Below are positions 18,578-28,786 of a stretch of DNA of 64,000 nt, piece after piece; the stretch's first letter is position 1; the number at the start of each line of letters is the position of its first letter. Origin of the DNA: Chloroflexota bacterium. GTDB taxonomy: Bacteria; Chloroflexota; UBA11872; VXOZ01. The notes below the pieces were generated by a model. That model was not told the DNA's origin. It worked only from the letters and a program-made list of their open reading frames with translations, and did no database searches. The translations under genes were made by a program, and so were the position numbers. The stretch is taken from positions 2,074,913 through 2,138,912 of the forward strand of contig OZ244803.1 in the NCBI GenBank assembly GCA_965220045.1. Direction: 5' to 3'.

Positions 18578-19606
18578 ATGGCAGACGTAATGGGAGTTGG
18601 CCTGGTAGGCCCCGGCTGGGTAGCCAGCGAGCACATGCGCGCATTCAACAATAACCCACACACCCGCATGGTAGCGGTTTGCAGCCGGGATCTGGCCCGC
18701 GCGCAGGCAGCCATCGATGAATTCGGTCTGGACGCCAAGCCATACACTGACTACGAAGCAATGCTTGCCCATCCCGATGTAGACATCGTCTCCATATGCA
18801 CGCCGAATTTCGCGCACGCCGAGCAGGGCGCCTTGGCAGCGGAGGCCAACAAGCACCTAGTCATCGAGAAGCCTATCGCCATCTCCCCCGAGCAGCTAGA
18901 GCGCTTGGTTTCCGCAGTACGGAAAGCCGGCGTTAAGAGTGTCGTGAGTTTCGTGCTCCGCTGGAATCCGCTCGTGCAAACGCTGCACCATCGGCGCGAG
19001 GCGGGCGACTTTGGCCGCATCGTCTACGCCGAGGCCGATTACATGCACGAGGTCGGCTACCTGCGTCCGCCCGGCCATTGGGGACGCTATCAGAAGAATG
19101 TCGGCAGCGCGATGCTCTCCGGTGGCAGCCATGCCATGGACTGCATCCGCTGGTTGACCGGCAAGAACGTCGAGTCCGTATCCGCCTATTCAACGCCCGT
19201 GCGCCTGGAAGAGAAAGGCTTCGACTTTCCCCTCACAACCGCGGCGGTGCTGCAGATGGAAGACGGCGTGGTTGGGCGTGTCACCGCGACTATGGAAGCC
19301 CACATGCCGTATGTTTTCCACATGTCGCTGCAAGGTGACGGTGGCTCGGCCCGCAATAACCAAATCTATAGCTCGGCGTTTCCCGGCTTGACCGGCTTTA
19401 TGGATATACCAACCGTGCCGCCGGACTCCGGCGACGTGGCCCATCACCCGTTCCAAGGCGAGATTGACCACATTGTCGACTGCATCCTCAACGATGAAGA
19501 CTCGTACGCCGACATCTTCGACTCGATAAACACGCATGAAGCGTGCTTTGCCGCCGACCTATCGGCCGCGGAAGGCCGTCCCGTGGCGTTGCCCATGATC
19601 GGCTAA
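18578..19606 (+). CDS. Gfo/Idh/MocA-family oxidoreductase
   Basis: GVGLVGPGWVASEHMRAF Rossmann N-terminus and the EKP motif (LVIEKPIA). AAGGAGGA RBS before ATG 18578. Confidence 0.85.
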   Translation: MADVMGVGLVGPGWVASEHMRAFNNNPHTRMVAVCSRDLARAQAAIDEFGLDAKPYTDYEAMLAHPDVDIVSICTPNFAHAEQGALAAEANKHLVIEKPIAISPEQLERLVSAVRKAGVKSVVSFVLRWNPLVQTLHHRREAGDFGRIVYAEADYMHEVGYLRPPGHWGRYQKNVGSAMLSGGSHAMDCIRWLTGKNVESVSAYSTPVRLEEKGFDFPLTTAAVLQMEDGVVGRVTATMEAHMPYVFHMSLQGDGGSARNNQIYSSAFPGLTGFMDIPTVPPDSGDVAHHPFQGEIDHIVDCILNDEDSYADIFDSINTHEACFAADLSAAEGRPVALPMIG

Positions 19607-19630
19607 GCGTACATCTGGTGAGCAAACCGA

Positions 19631-20467
19631 ATGCCAATTGTCGAATCTCACGTCCACATTTGGACACAAGACGAGAATTACCCGTTCGCGCCAACGCTGC
19701 CCGACGTGCCGGTGCCCACCACCAACGCCACTGCGGAGATGCTGCTGGAGGAAACGGGAAATGCGGGCGTCGACCACGTCGTTCTCGTCCAGCCGAGCAC
19801 GTACGGTTGGGACAACCGCTACCTCGCGGATAGCATTGCCCGCTATCCGCGGCAGTTAGCGGGGGTCTGCCTTGTCGACCCATTGGACGACAAAGCGCCG
19901 GAGCAGCTTGAGTATTGGATATCTGAGCGCGGCTTTCACGGTGTGCGGCTCCACGCGGTCCGACCCGATAGCGCAGGTTGGTTCACTACGGCGCAGACCG
20001 ACCGCATCTGGCAGAAGGCTGCAGATCTTGGTATCCCCATCTGCTTACTTTTGGACTTGGTGCATGCGCCGATGGTTGAGGAGATGCTGAAGCGCTTCCC
20101 CGAGGTGGATGTTGTTCTCGATCACATGGGTCGCATCGATGTTTCCGAGCAGCCGCCATATCCTGTTTTCAACCGCTTTCTCACGCTCGCAGACTACCCC
20201 CGCACTTACGCCAAAGTATCGGGCATGCTGCACTATAGCGCTGAAGCGTATCCTTTCGCGGATACACACCCCTTCTTCCGCATGGCAAAAGACGCGTGGG
20301 GGCCGCAGCGCCTCATGTGGGGCACCGACTGGCCGATGTTGCTCGACAAAGCCGGTTACCTGCCGCGCCTCACCGCAGTCAGGGACGAAATGCCGTTCTT
20401 TAGCGAAGCCGACTTGGAATGGATTCTCGGTCGTACGGCTCTTCGACTGTGGGATTTCACCGCCTAG
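19631..20467 (+). CDS. Amidohydro_2-family hydrolase (lactonase-like)
   Basis: MPIVESHVHIW (HxH), VLDHMG and WGTDWP motifs. Lies 24 nt after the oxidoreductase. Confidence 0.75.
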   Translation: MPIVESHVHIWTQDENYPFAPTLPDVPVPTTNATAEMLLEETGNAGVDHVVLVQPSTYGWDNRYLADSIARYPRQLAGVCLVDPLDDKAPEQLEYWISERGFHGVRLHAVRPDSAGWFTTAQTDRIWQKAADLGIPICLLLDLVHAPMVEEMLKRFPEVDVVLDHMGRIDVSEQPPYPVFNRFLTLADYPRTYAKVSGMLHYSAEAYPFADTHPFFRMAKDAWGPQRLMWGTDWPMLLDKAGYLPRLTAVRDEMPFFSEADLEWILGRTALRLWDFTA

Positions 20468-20722
20468 AGTATCGAAAGACCGGGCCGTGACTGACCGGTA
20501 ACGAGCCGCAAGAGAAGCTGACGGCGCCAGGCGTGCCGACTTCTCCTCCGACATTTCGCGCGATTCAGATTTACGTCTTAGCGATTGCCGAGCCTCCCTC
20601 TTCAATAGCTCCCACCGTGCCAAACGCTCAGAACTCAACTGCGTGTATTGCACCACCCGCCGCGGTAGTGTATTATTGTTGTTAGCAGTTTGCTCAATCC
20701 AGCCGAGCGGGAACAACGTTGT

Positions 20723-22237
20723 ATGCCCGTGCACCCTAAACTCGGCAGACTGTTTACCTCCCTCGTCGCAGGTATCACCCTCAGTCTGCTTTTCTCCTTT
20801 GTCCCTCTTTACGCTGCTGACTCCATGGACCAGGCAATCAGCGGCGGGCATTTCTATCGGCAAGCCAACGGTTTTGGCGGCCGCGGCGATCAGGGATTCC
20901 TCATCTGGGACGAGCCCGGCGGGCCCGCGTTCTACAGCGAATTTCGCGAGCTTGGCGGCGTAAGCACGCTTGGCTACCCAGCGTCCCGGCGCTTCGAGCA
21001 GGACGGCTACGTCTATCTGATTACGCAGGGCGCGCTGCTGCAGTACCACCCCGATTTGCAGAGAGTGTTTCTCGCCAATACCTTCGAGATACTGGAAAGA
21101 GCCGGCCTGGACGCTCTCCTCTACGCTCGCGGCATACCCATGCCCATCGTCGATGACGGTTCCGATGGCGACTTTGAAGTTGCCAAGCAGACTCGCCTTG
21201 ATTGGCTCACGAATGAAGCCATCAAGCGCCACTACCTTGGCGCAGGCGGCGAAGAGGCGGCGATCCGGCTGTACGGTCTCCCCATGTCCAAGCCGCAGAC
21301 TTTCGGCCCCTTCATCACCCAGCGCTTCCAGCGCATAGCACTGCAGTACTGGATGGAAGACGTGCCCGGTATTGCTCGGAGCGGCGACGTCACGACGATT
21401 CTCGGCGGAGACCTCTTGAAAGAGTTCGATTTGCTGCCCTTTGAGGCAAAGCTGCCGCACATGAGCTACGAGCGGCCGGCGCCGATCGAGTTCAATGCGG
21501 GTCAAGCTGAGCAGCGGTTCGCCGTCGTTCTAGCCGAAGGCACGTCGGAATTCGCCGGCTCTTCGCGTTCGCGCGTGCACAACATCGTCACCGCGGCATC
21601 CAAGATTCACGGGTACGTCATCCAGCCGGGAGAGTCCTTCTCATTTCTAAAGGTGCTGGGTCCGATCACGGGCAGGACGGGCTTTCGAACGAGTCTTGTG
21701 ATCTGGGGCGACAAGACGATCTGGGGTGTTGGCGGAGGCGTCTGTCAGGTCTCTACCACCGTGTTCCGCGCTGCGTTCTGGGCAGGATTACCGATTGCGG
21801 AGCGCCATCCGCACACCTATCGCGTGAAGTATTACGAGCAAGACGGCAGCCCGCCGGGCTTCGACGCCACCATCTATAGCCCTTGGCTCGACCTGAAATT
21901 CGTCAACGACACCGCACATCCCATGCTGCTCCAGGCGTTCGTCGACGAGCAAGCGATGAAGCTCACGATCACGCTGCGCGGCGGAGAAGTCGACCGCACC
22001 GTGGAGATGTTGCCCGCGATCAAGAAGAACGTCGAGGCTCCGGGACCTCCTCTACCGGACTTGCTCGATCCAAGTCTGCCTCGCGGCGTGCGCCTGCAGG
22101 TGGAATGGGCTGTCGACGGCATGGAGACCGGTATCATCAGGCAAGTTGTGCAGGGTGACAGCACGCGGACCGATGAGTTCTGGAGCGAATTCACTGCTTG
22201 GCGAGAACGCTGGGCAGTGGGCACCAGGAGATACTAG
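20723..22237 (+). CDS. VanW-family protein with N-terminal membrane anchor
   Basis: GYVIQPGESFSF...GGGVCQVSTTVFRAAFWAGLPIAERHPH is the VanW core. ATG 20723 precedes the hydrophobic segment. Confidence 0.8.
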   Translation: MPVHPKLGRLFTSLVAGITLSLLFSFVPLYAADSMDQAISGGHFYRQANGFGGRGDQGFLIWDEPGGPAFYSEFRELGGVSTLGYPASRRFEQDGYVYLITQGALLQYHPDLQRVFLANTFEILERAGLDALLYARGIPMPIVDDGSDGDFEVAKQTRLDWLTNEAIKRHYLGAGGEEAAIRLYGLPMSKPQTFGPFITQRFQRIALQYWMEDVPGIARSGDVTTILGGDLLKEFDLLPFEAKLPHMSYERPAPIEFNAGQAEQRFAVVLAEGTSEFAGSSRSRVHNIVTAASKIHGYVIQPGESFSFLKVLGPITGRTGFRTSLVIWGDKTIWGVGGGVCQVSTTVFRAAFWAGLPIAERHPHTYRVKYYEQDGSPPGFDATIYSPWLDLKFVNDTAHPMLLQAFVDEQAMKLTITLRGGEVDRTVEMLPAIKKNVEAPGPPLPDLLDPSLPRGVRLQVEWAVDGMETGIIRQVVQGDSTRTDEFWSEFTAWRERWAVGTRRY

Positions 22238-22362
22238 AACAAACTCGACTTGAGATTCCCGGCTCCGCACGATTCCCTCGACTGGTGCGCTTCTGACGCC
22301 CGCGCAACCTCCGGCGTCCATCGGCATGAGAGAACCTCAGACTGAGCAGCCACACCGCCAAG

Positions 22363-22405
22363 AGACCTGCCTTCCATATGGAGTGGAAGGCAGGTCTTCT
22401 TCTTA
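22363..22405. terminator. bidirectional hairpin terminator between convergent genes
   Basis: agacctgccttcca-tatggag-tggaaggcaggtct gives a perfect 14-bp stem, followed by tcttcttat. Confidence 0.65.
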
Positions 22406-22466
22406 TGCAACGCTACAGAGAATTCGCTGGGCGGTAAGCTCAGTCTAACCAAATGTGTGCGACCCG

Positions 22467-23240
22467 CTAACGTACCATCACCTGTTGCTCGAACGCCATT
22501 ACGACCTCCAGCAGTTCGTCATCGAGCCGCGAGAGAGCGAAATCGCGAATGTCCCCAGGCACACCGCCAAAGTAGGGTTCCGCCATGGAACCGGTAATGC
22601 AGGCCAAGGTGTCGGCATCGCCGCCCAGCGAAATGGCATTGCGTATTGCATCCTCAAAGTCCTTGGCTTCCAAAAAGGCGATGATTGCCTGTGGCACCGT
22701 TCCCTGACACGATTCGTCGAAGGTGTAAGTAGGGCGAATATTATCCAGGCTCTGCTGCAAGTCATACCCGCACGAGGATTCCACAAACTCCTTGATGTCA
22801 CTCTTCTCGTGACCGGTGCGCGCCAAGAATATGGCGGCGGCGGTGGCCTGTGCTCCGCGTATGCCCTCAGGGTGGTTATGCGTTACCGCGGCGCTTTGCT
22901 CCGCCAACTCCAGCGCCTCATCGAGGCTCTTGGCGACGTAGGCCGCCGGACTGACCCGCATCGCCGACCCGTTGCCCCAACTGTTGTAGGGCTCAGAAGA
23001 GTTAGAGGCCGCCCAGATGTGAAAACTCGTTCCATAGCCGGCATCGGGATAGCGCCGGTAGTAGTCTTTGAGCGTGACGGCATAGTCAAGATCGTGCAGC
23101 AGCGCGTCGGCCAGAGCCACGGTCAACACGCTGTCATCGGTAAAGAAGCACTTAGGGTCGAAGAGCGGGAAATCCTTGGTCTTTGTGCTTATGTACTCGT
23201 GGACCGACCCGATTACGTCACCAGCAATCGCCCCAATCAT
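22467..23240 (-). CDS. ADP-ribosylglycohydrolase-family protein
   Basis: MIGAIAGDVIGSVHE N-terminus, ...GNGSAMR..., and C-terminal GGDADTLACITGSMAE. 257 aa. Confidence 0.8.
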   Translation of the reverse strand: MIGAIAGDVIGSVHEYISTKTKDFPLFDPKCFFTDDSVLTVALADALLHDLDYAVTLKDYYRRYPDAGYGTSFHIWAASNSSEPYNSWGNGSAMRVSPAAYVAKSLDEALELAEQSAAVTHNHPEGIRGAQATAAAIFLARTGHEKSDIKEFVESSCGYDLQQSLDNIRPTYTFDESCQGTVPQAIIAFLEAKDFEDAIRNAISLGGDADTLACITGSMAEPYFGGVPGDIRDFALSRLDDELLEVVMAFEQQVMVR

Positions 23241-23257
23241 AGCCCGTTCTCCAAGTG

Positions 23258-24133
23258 CTACTGCACGCCAATAAACGCAATGGCGAACAGTGTGAGTACG
23301 ATACCAATCGCCGTCAGACGCCCGAACCGCTCACCAAACAGCACCATACCGCCGAGCAGGGTGGTCGCCAAGCCCACGGTAGCCGCGAGCGGGAAAACAA
23401 CCGTACCGGGTAAGGAGTCTAACGCAAGGAGCAGCATGGCCAACTGAAAGATGTTAGCTGCGCCCATCAACACGCCCAAAGCCAGGTTGTTGCGCATCGA
23501 GACATCTCGCCACTCGGGCAAACGGTAGCGCCGGCGCAAGGGCCAAATGAAGCCGGCGCCCAAAGTAGCCGCCACGAAGAGCGAGGCCGTATACAGCGGC
23601 TGGTAATCCGGCGTGCTGTAGACAGTAAACGCCTTTGCTGCGATAAACCCGGCCCCGGAGAGAAGCAGTACGGCCAGCAGGATGCCCCATGTCCACAGGG
23701 AGCGCCCACGATGTTGGCGCGCCGCCTGATGCGCGTCTGCCCCCAAGAGCGGCAGCGCGACAAATGCAATCGCGAGACCCACCACTTGGAGCGCCGCCGG
23801 TTGCTCTCCCCAAAAGAAAATCGACGCCAGCGTCGGCAAGGCAACGGCGAGACGTACGATGCCGAACGTAATACCGATGCCGACGATTTCCACCACCGTG
23901 AAGAGCACCACGAGGCTCAATTGGTATTGGAGCCCGTTGATGACACCCAGAAGTATGACGAGCAGGTCCAAGCTTGGTGCGCCGCTCAGCAACAGCCAGC
24001 CCACTGCCATCGCCGCCGCCACCGCGTAGTTTATCGATCCTACCGTGAGGTAGTGGTATTGTTTCCCTCGCGCTTTGCGCAGCGACATGGCAAACACGAA
24101 GTTGCCGAAAATCTGGCCGGCAATGAATGTCAT
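23258..24133 (-). CDS. DMT-superfamily (EamA/RhaT-like) transporter
   Basis: About 10 TM helices, with the C-terminal LFGERF...G..L motif typical of DMT. The ATG overlaps the stop of the upstream oxidoreductase (ATGA at 24130-24133). Confidence 0.6.
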   Translation of the reverse strand: MTFIAGQIFGNFVFAMSLRKARGKQYHYLTVGSINYAVAAAMAVGWLLLSGAPSLDLLVILLGVINGLQYQLSLVVLFTVVEIVGIGITFGIVRLAVALPTLASIFFWGEQPAALQVVGLAIAFVALPLLGADAHQAARQHRGRSLWTWGILLAVLLLSGAGFIAAKAFTVYSTPDYQPLYTASLFVAATLGAGFIWPLRRRYRLPEWRDVSMRNNLALGVLMGAANIFQLAMLLLALDSLPGTVVFPLAATVGLATTLLGGMVLFGERFGRLTAIGIVLTLFAIAFIGVQ

Positions 24134-25233
24134 GCCGGCGGGAAATGAGCCGGCCGGACCGCTTTGCCGGTCTTCCAGGATTCGATAGCGGCGAGCGCCA
24201 CAGAGACCGTATTTGCCCCCTCCCAAACACTGGTTAGAGGTTGTCGGCCGTTGGTGACGCACTCGTACACGTGATCAACGACAGCGGCAATCGGCTTGCC
24301 CCCGGGTGGTTGAAAGGGCACCGGCCACTCGTCTTCTGAGAATTCATGCTCTGCCGACGCACGAAACTGCTTGTCACGATCCTGCCGACCGCGCGCCCGC
24401 TCGATTGAACCCTCCGTCCCAAAGAGCACCAAATTGTGCATTGTATCCCGCACCAAGCCATACGATGTTGTGCACTTCCCGACCGCGCCATTCGCGAAGT
24501 GCAAGGTTGCTATCATGCAGTCCGGGAAAGCAAAGTCCGGCATCGCCCGCTGGGCGGCCTCACAATGTACGCGGTCTACATCCCCCACCAGCCAACGCAA
24601 CATATCCAGCGAATGGGATCCGCCTCCCAGGATGGGGTAGTGTGAGTGTTCCGCTGAGCCGCGCCACACGGTGCGCTCACGGATCAACCGGGTGGTGTTG
24701 TGAAGGTAGTCCGCCTCGGCATAGTAGATCTCGCCCAAGCCTCCCTGGTCCACGTGCGCCTTTACAGACTGGTAGTAGGGATAGAACCGCAGCACCTGAT
24801 CGACCGCCAGCAGTTTGCCGCTCTCCTCAACCGCCCGGACCATGGCCTCACACTCGTGGAGTGAGACACACATCGGCTTCTCCACAATCACGTGCTTGCC
24901 CGCGTGCAGTGCCTGTACCGCCATAGAGGCATGGAGCGCATGGGGAGTCGCAATCACCACGAGGTCCACATCGTCATCAGCCACCACATCGGCATAGTCT
25001 TCGTAACAGCGCGGAATCGCATGCTCGCGACTAACTGCCGCAAGAACATCCGTCTCTTTCCCGCAGACGGCAGTGACGTTCGTATGTGGGTGGGCGGTAA
25101 ACGCTTCCACGAATCTCCGGCCTACGCCCAGCCCGACCACTCCCACGCTTAAGCTCGGTTGACTAGCTTCCACCAGACCTACCCATCCTTGTCCTGCATG
25201 TGACTCTCGATGCGCCGACTGACGTAAGCGCAT
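24130..25233 (-). CDS. Gfo/Idh/MocA-family oxidoreductase
   Basis: SVGVVGLGVGRRF Rossmann start and the VIVEKPM motif. Start is uncertain: ATG 25233 with GGAG, or GTG 25173. The listed 25266 is TTG. Confidence 0.8.
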   Translation of the reverse strand: MRLRQSAHRESHAGQGWVGLVEASQPSLSVGVVGLGVGRRFVEAFTAHPHTNVTAVCGKETDVLAAVSREHAIPRCYEDYADVVADDDVDLVVIATPHALHASMAVQALHAGKHVIVEKPMCVSLHECEAMVRAVEESGKLLAVDQVLRFYPYYQSVKAHVDQGGLGEIYYAEADYLHNTTRLIRERTVWRGSAEHSHYPILGGGSHSLDMLRWLVGDVDRVHCEAAQRAMPDFAFPDCMIATLHFANGAVGKCTTSYGLVRDTMHNLVLFGTEGSIERARGRQDRDKQFRASAEHEFSEDEWPVPFQPPGGKPIAAVVDHVYECVTNGRQPLTSVWEGANTVSVALAAIESWKTGKAVRPAHFPPA

Positions 25234-25420
25234 TGCGCTCCGCAATCGCGCTCCATTGTAACGCAAACGCTCCGGGTCTTCGCGGACTCACGCGGGACGG
25301 CGCAGTGCTCCCGGCGAAACACCCCCGCGATCAGACGGCGCCAAACGCCACATGCCCTTGACACGCATTTGTAGTACTATGTCTCTGGTAAAAGGAGCAG
25401 CACAAACAAACCTACCTACG

Positions 25421-27046
25421 ATGCACTTCGAAGTAATCCTCTCCATTGGACTGCTCATCGTAGTCGCCAAGCTGTTGGAAGGCGTCTTCCGACGCTTCCG
25501 GCTCAATGCCATCGTGGCTTACACGGCGGCGGGGGTGGCGCTCGGCCCCATCTTCGGCTTCATTGAGCCGACAGACGAGTTGGATATCATTCTTGGCATT
25601 GGTATCTTCCTTTTCTTCTTTCTCATCGGCTTGGATGAGATCGACATTTCCGGCTTCATCGCCACAATCCGCGGACGATTCTTCGTAGCGGCCACCCTTT
25701 CGGTTATCATCTCCCTCCTGTTGGCTCTGACCGTTACCTCCGATGTTCTCTACGACTTCGGGCTGGGACTCAACTTTACTGAAGCGCTTGCTCTGTCAGG
25801 AATCCTCTCGCTCTCCAGCCTTGGGCTGGCGAGCAAGGTCTTGGCCGACGAAGGCCATCTTCAAAAACCCATCGGTATCCAGATATTCGTCACCGTCCTC
25901 ATCGCTGAGTTGATTGCCCTGTTGCTCATTGGCTTCACCATCGGTGAGCACGTACCCGAATTCAACGTGCCGAGCGTGCTCATCCTGCTGGCGAAGATTG
26001 TTGGCTTTACGCTGGTGACGTGGATACTCTCCAGATACGTCATACCGCCGCTGATAGAGATTCTGCAGCGCACGATACGCGTGCCCCAGCTCTCCTTCGG
26101 CCTGCTCATCGGTGGACTCTTCGTGGTTGTCGGTATCTCGGAAGCCGTGGGGACGCATGGGTCCCTGGGAGCGCTACTCTTTGGCGCCGCGCTTTCAGGA
26201 CTGCCCTATCAATTGCGCCGCGATATCGTGCCCGGCATGCGCAGCACGGCTGAAGGGCTCTTCGTGCCGCTCTTCTTCGCTTCGGCAGGGTTGCACCTCA
26301 GCCTCTCGTTCACCGAACTGCCAATCGGGACGATAGCGGCGCTGGTGACAATTCCACTTTTGGGCAAGTTTGCCGGCTCTCTCATCGGTGCCTTTGTGTC
26401 CCGGTTGGAAATGCCCTTTGCCCTGGCCACCGGGCTCATGGCCAAGGGTGTGGCGGAAGTCGCCCTCCTCCTGGTGATGCTGGAAACCGGCATCATTGGG
26501 GAGGACATCTTCTCGTTGCTCGTTTTGATCATGTTTGCCTACATCCTCTTCGGACCCTGGGTCATCAACTTTGCCATCGACCACGCCAGACCGAAAGAGC
26601 CGGCCACACTGCCTGATTCTTTGCCGGCTTCGCTGGTCCAATTCGCTCTGGATGACATTTCCGTGGACGACATACTTGACCGCACGCGCGCCTACCCCAG
26701 CGCGAAACTCTCGGTCAGGCACTTCGTCGATCAGTGGATACTGCCTCATCAGCAAGACTATGTAGTTGTCAACAATGGCAGTGTCTCCGGCGTCGTCTCC
26801 CTGAGCATGTTGCGCTACTTGCCCAAGGAGAGATGGTCTGAGACGCAATTGGATAGTGTGGTGCGCCGCACTGCGCCTCCGCACGCCTGGCCTGATGAGC
26901 CGGTGGAAGATGTGCTGCAACGAATGACAGAGAACGGGCTGACAACTATCCCGGTCCTCGACCGCGAGTCCGAACAGTTCCAGGGGACGGTAACCAGCCA
27001 GGACGTGTTGGACCTCATCACTTTGGAAGCGCGCGGCGAGCACTAG
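25421..27046 (+). CDS. CPA2-type cation:proton antiporter with C-terminal CBS pair
   Basis: MHFEVILSIGLLIVVAKLLEGVFRRFRLNAIVAYTAAGVALGP resembles a Kef/NapA-type N-terminus. About 12 TM helices. The C-terminal 150 aa show CBS-like repeats (VVNNGSVSGVVS..., IPVLDRESEQFQGTVTSQDV). Confidence 0.8.
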   Translation: MHFEVILSIGLLIVVAKLLEGVFRRFRLNAIVAYTAAGVALGPIFGFIEPTDELDIILGIGIFLFFFLIGLDEIDISGFIATIRGRFFVAATLSVIISLLLALTVTSDVLYDFGLGLNFTEALALSGILSLSSLGLASKVLADEGHLQKPIGIQIFVTVLIAELIALLLIGFTIGEHVPEFNVPSVLILLAKIVGFTLVTWILSRYVIPPLIEILQRTIRVPQLSFGLLIGGLFVVVGISEAVGTHGSLGALLFGAALSGLPYQLRRDIVPGMRSTAEGLFVPLFFASAGLHLSLSFTELPIGTIAALVTIPLLGKFAGSLIGAFVSRLEMPFALATGLMAKGVAEVALLLVMLETGIIGEDIFSLLVLIMFAYILFGPWVINFAIDHARPKEPATLPDSLPASLVQFALDDISVDDILDRTRAYPSAKLSVRHFVDQWILPHQQDYVVVNNGSVSGVVSLSMLRYLPKERWSETQLDSVVRRTAPPHAWPDEPVEDVLQRMTENGLTTIPVLDRESEQFQGTVTSQDVLDLITLEARGEH

Positions 27047-27089
27047 TGGTGCGACACGCTCGCTTTGATGGGCAAGGTCGCCGGTAGCG

Positions 27090-27132
27090 TAGGTTTGCAA
27101 CCTGCGCCGTTTATTAGGTTTGCAACCTGCGC
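27090..27132. repeat. two 18-bp direct repeats taggtttgcaacctgcgc (period 25 bp)
   Basis: Identical copies at 27090-27107 and 27115-27132. Each contains the palindrome AGGTT-N3-AACCT. Confidence 0.85.
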
Positions 27133-27465
27133 GGTCTTGCCGTGTTGCCGAGCAGCGTCCATTGCGCTACTGATCGTCATTACAGTAGTGTTCAACCACT
27201 AGAGACCACACCTATTGGGTCAGCTGTGTCATTTAGAGCAAGTAGTCGAGGGTTTTTTTGCATTTCTTGCGTTGCAATCCAGCCACCCCTACCCACGATG
27301 AGTGGTCCTCGATACTCCCCCTATGCCGCGGAACGCAGCCAACAGTCACTGTTGCCGCGGTCGCTTGCCGAGGCCTTGGATCATTCTCGCACCAAGCGAA
27401 TCTGCTACTATGGAGCGAGATGTGGGACAAAACACCGTGTAAATCGATAGGACAATAAGACACCT

Positions 27466-28644
27466 ATGAGCGTCGTCGACGATACGCGTATCCAGGAATC
27501 AGCGGAGCTACTCTCTTCACTCGTAAGCATCCCTAGCATGAATCCGGCGTTCATGGCCGACGGTTCCGGCGGCGAGGCTGGGCTCGCCGGTTTTGTTGAG
27601 TCCCAGTTGCAAGACCTCGGCATGGAGACCCAGCAACATGAAGTGCTGCCGGGCCGCCCGAACGTTTTCGGCCGCCTGCGCGTGCCGAACTCCAAGGGCT
27701 TGCTGCTCTTCGAGTGCCACATGGATACGGTCGGCATCGACACGTGGGGGCCGGAGGCATTGGAGCCGCGTGTGGAAGGCACCACGCTGCACGGGCGCGG
27801 CTCGTGCGACGCCAAGGGCTGCCTGACCGGCATGCTGCTGGCACTACGGGAATTGGTGAAGCAGCCGACAGAGCTTGACTACGATATTGGCTTGCTCGGT
27901 GTCGTTGATGAAGAGTACCGCTTTCGCGGCATCGAGGGCTTCATCAAACAGGAAATCGAAGTCACCGCAGCCGTCATCGGCGAACCGACCAGACTTGAAT
28001 TGGTGACTGCCACCAAAGGCGCCGTGCGCTTCACGTTGCAGACGAAAGGCCGCCCGGCCCACAGCAGTCAGCCCGAGAAAGGCAACAATGCCATCTACCA
28101 GATGGTAGACGTCATCCAACGCCTGCGGAACACCTTGGATCCGCGTTTCGCGGCGCGCTCCCATCACCTTGTGGGCTATCCCACGTGGGCGATCGGCATC
28201 ATCCACGGCGGCCATGCCGCCAATGTCATACCGGAGACCTGTCAGATCGTTGTCGACCGCCGCATCATTCCAGGGGAGACCTCCGAAGGCGCGATTCAGG
28301 AATTTGAGGATGCCATACAGGAACTGGCGGCGACGAACCCGGACATGCACCCCAGCGTCGCCTCACGCGACCTCGCGGACTGGCCGCTGGATACCCCGGA
28401 AGATGAGGAAATCGTCCAAGCCGCTATGCGGGCACTCCGGGCGCACAATCTTCCACCGGAGCCGCAGGGCGTCACCTACGGCACCGACGCCAGCAAGCTG
28501 CAGGTTAAGCAAGATGTGCCCTGCATCGTCTACGGCCCCGGCGACATCGGCTACGCCCACACCGACCACGAACGCGTCGACCTCACCGAGGTCGTCCAAA
28601 GCGCCGATGTCTACGCCAAAATCGCCCGCGAGTTCAAGCCGTAG
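27466..28644 (+). CDS. M20-family metallohydrolase (ArgE/DapE/acylase type)
   Basis: 392 aa. LLFECHMDTV, GRGSCDAKG and GVVDEE motifs, and a GT(D/T)A region near the C-terminus. Confidence 0.8.
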   Translation: MSVVDDTRIQESAELLSSLVSIPSMNPAFMADGSGGEAGLAGFVESQLQDLGMETQQHEVLPGRPNVFGRLRVPNSKGLLLFECHMDTVGIDTWGPEALEPRVEGTTLHGRGSCDAKGCLTGMLLALRELVKQPTELDYDIGLLGVVDEEYRFRGIEGFIKQEIEVTAAVIGEPTRLELVTATKGAVRFTLQTKGRPAHSSQPEKGNNAIYQMVDVIQRLRNTLDPRFAARSHHLVGYPTWAIGIIHGGHAANVIPETCQIVVDRRIIPGETSEGAIQEFEDAIQELAATNPDMHPSVASRDLADWPLDTPEDEEIVQAAMRALRAHNLPPEPQGVTYGTDASKLQVKQDVPCIVYGPGDIGYAHTDHERVDLTEVVQSADVYAKIAREFKP

Positions 28645-28786
28645 CACGAACTATTGGCCGGCCGGTTGCGAGTGGGTGATGCACCCTTCATGCTGCCACT
28701 GCCTCATGGCGCTTTGCAGATGACGTCCTGCTCATCTGTCCATGCGAGACACAGGCGCGTGACGTGAGATGATGCCCCGGTCCTCG

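Noticed and set aside
20045-21505. 486-aa minus-strand ORF, the longest unannotated ORF in the track
   Set aside because: It runs antisense to two well-supported genes (the Amidohydro_2 hydrolase and VanW) and crosses their intergenic region. Its composition is the Arg/Ser/Ala/Gly-rich pattern typical of antisense frames in GC-rich DNA, and it has no recognisable motif.
26195-27100. 301-aa minus-strand ORF
   Set aside because: Antisense shadow of the cation:proton antiporter gene.
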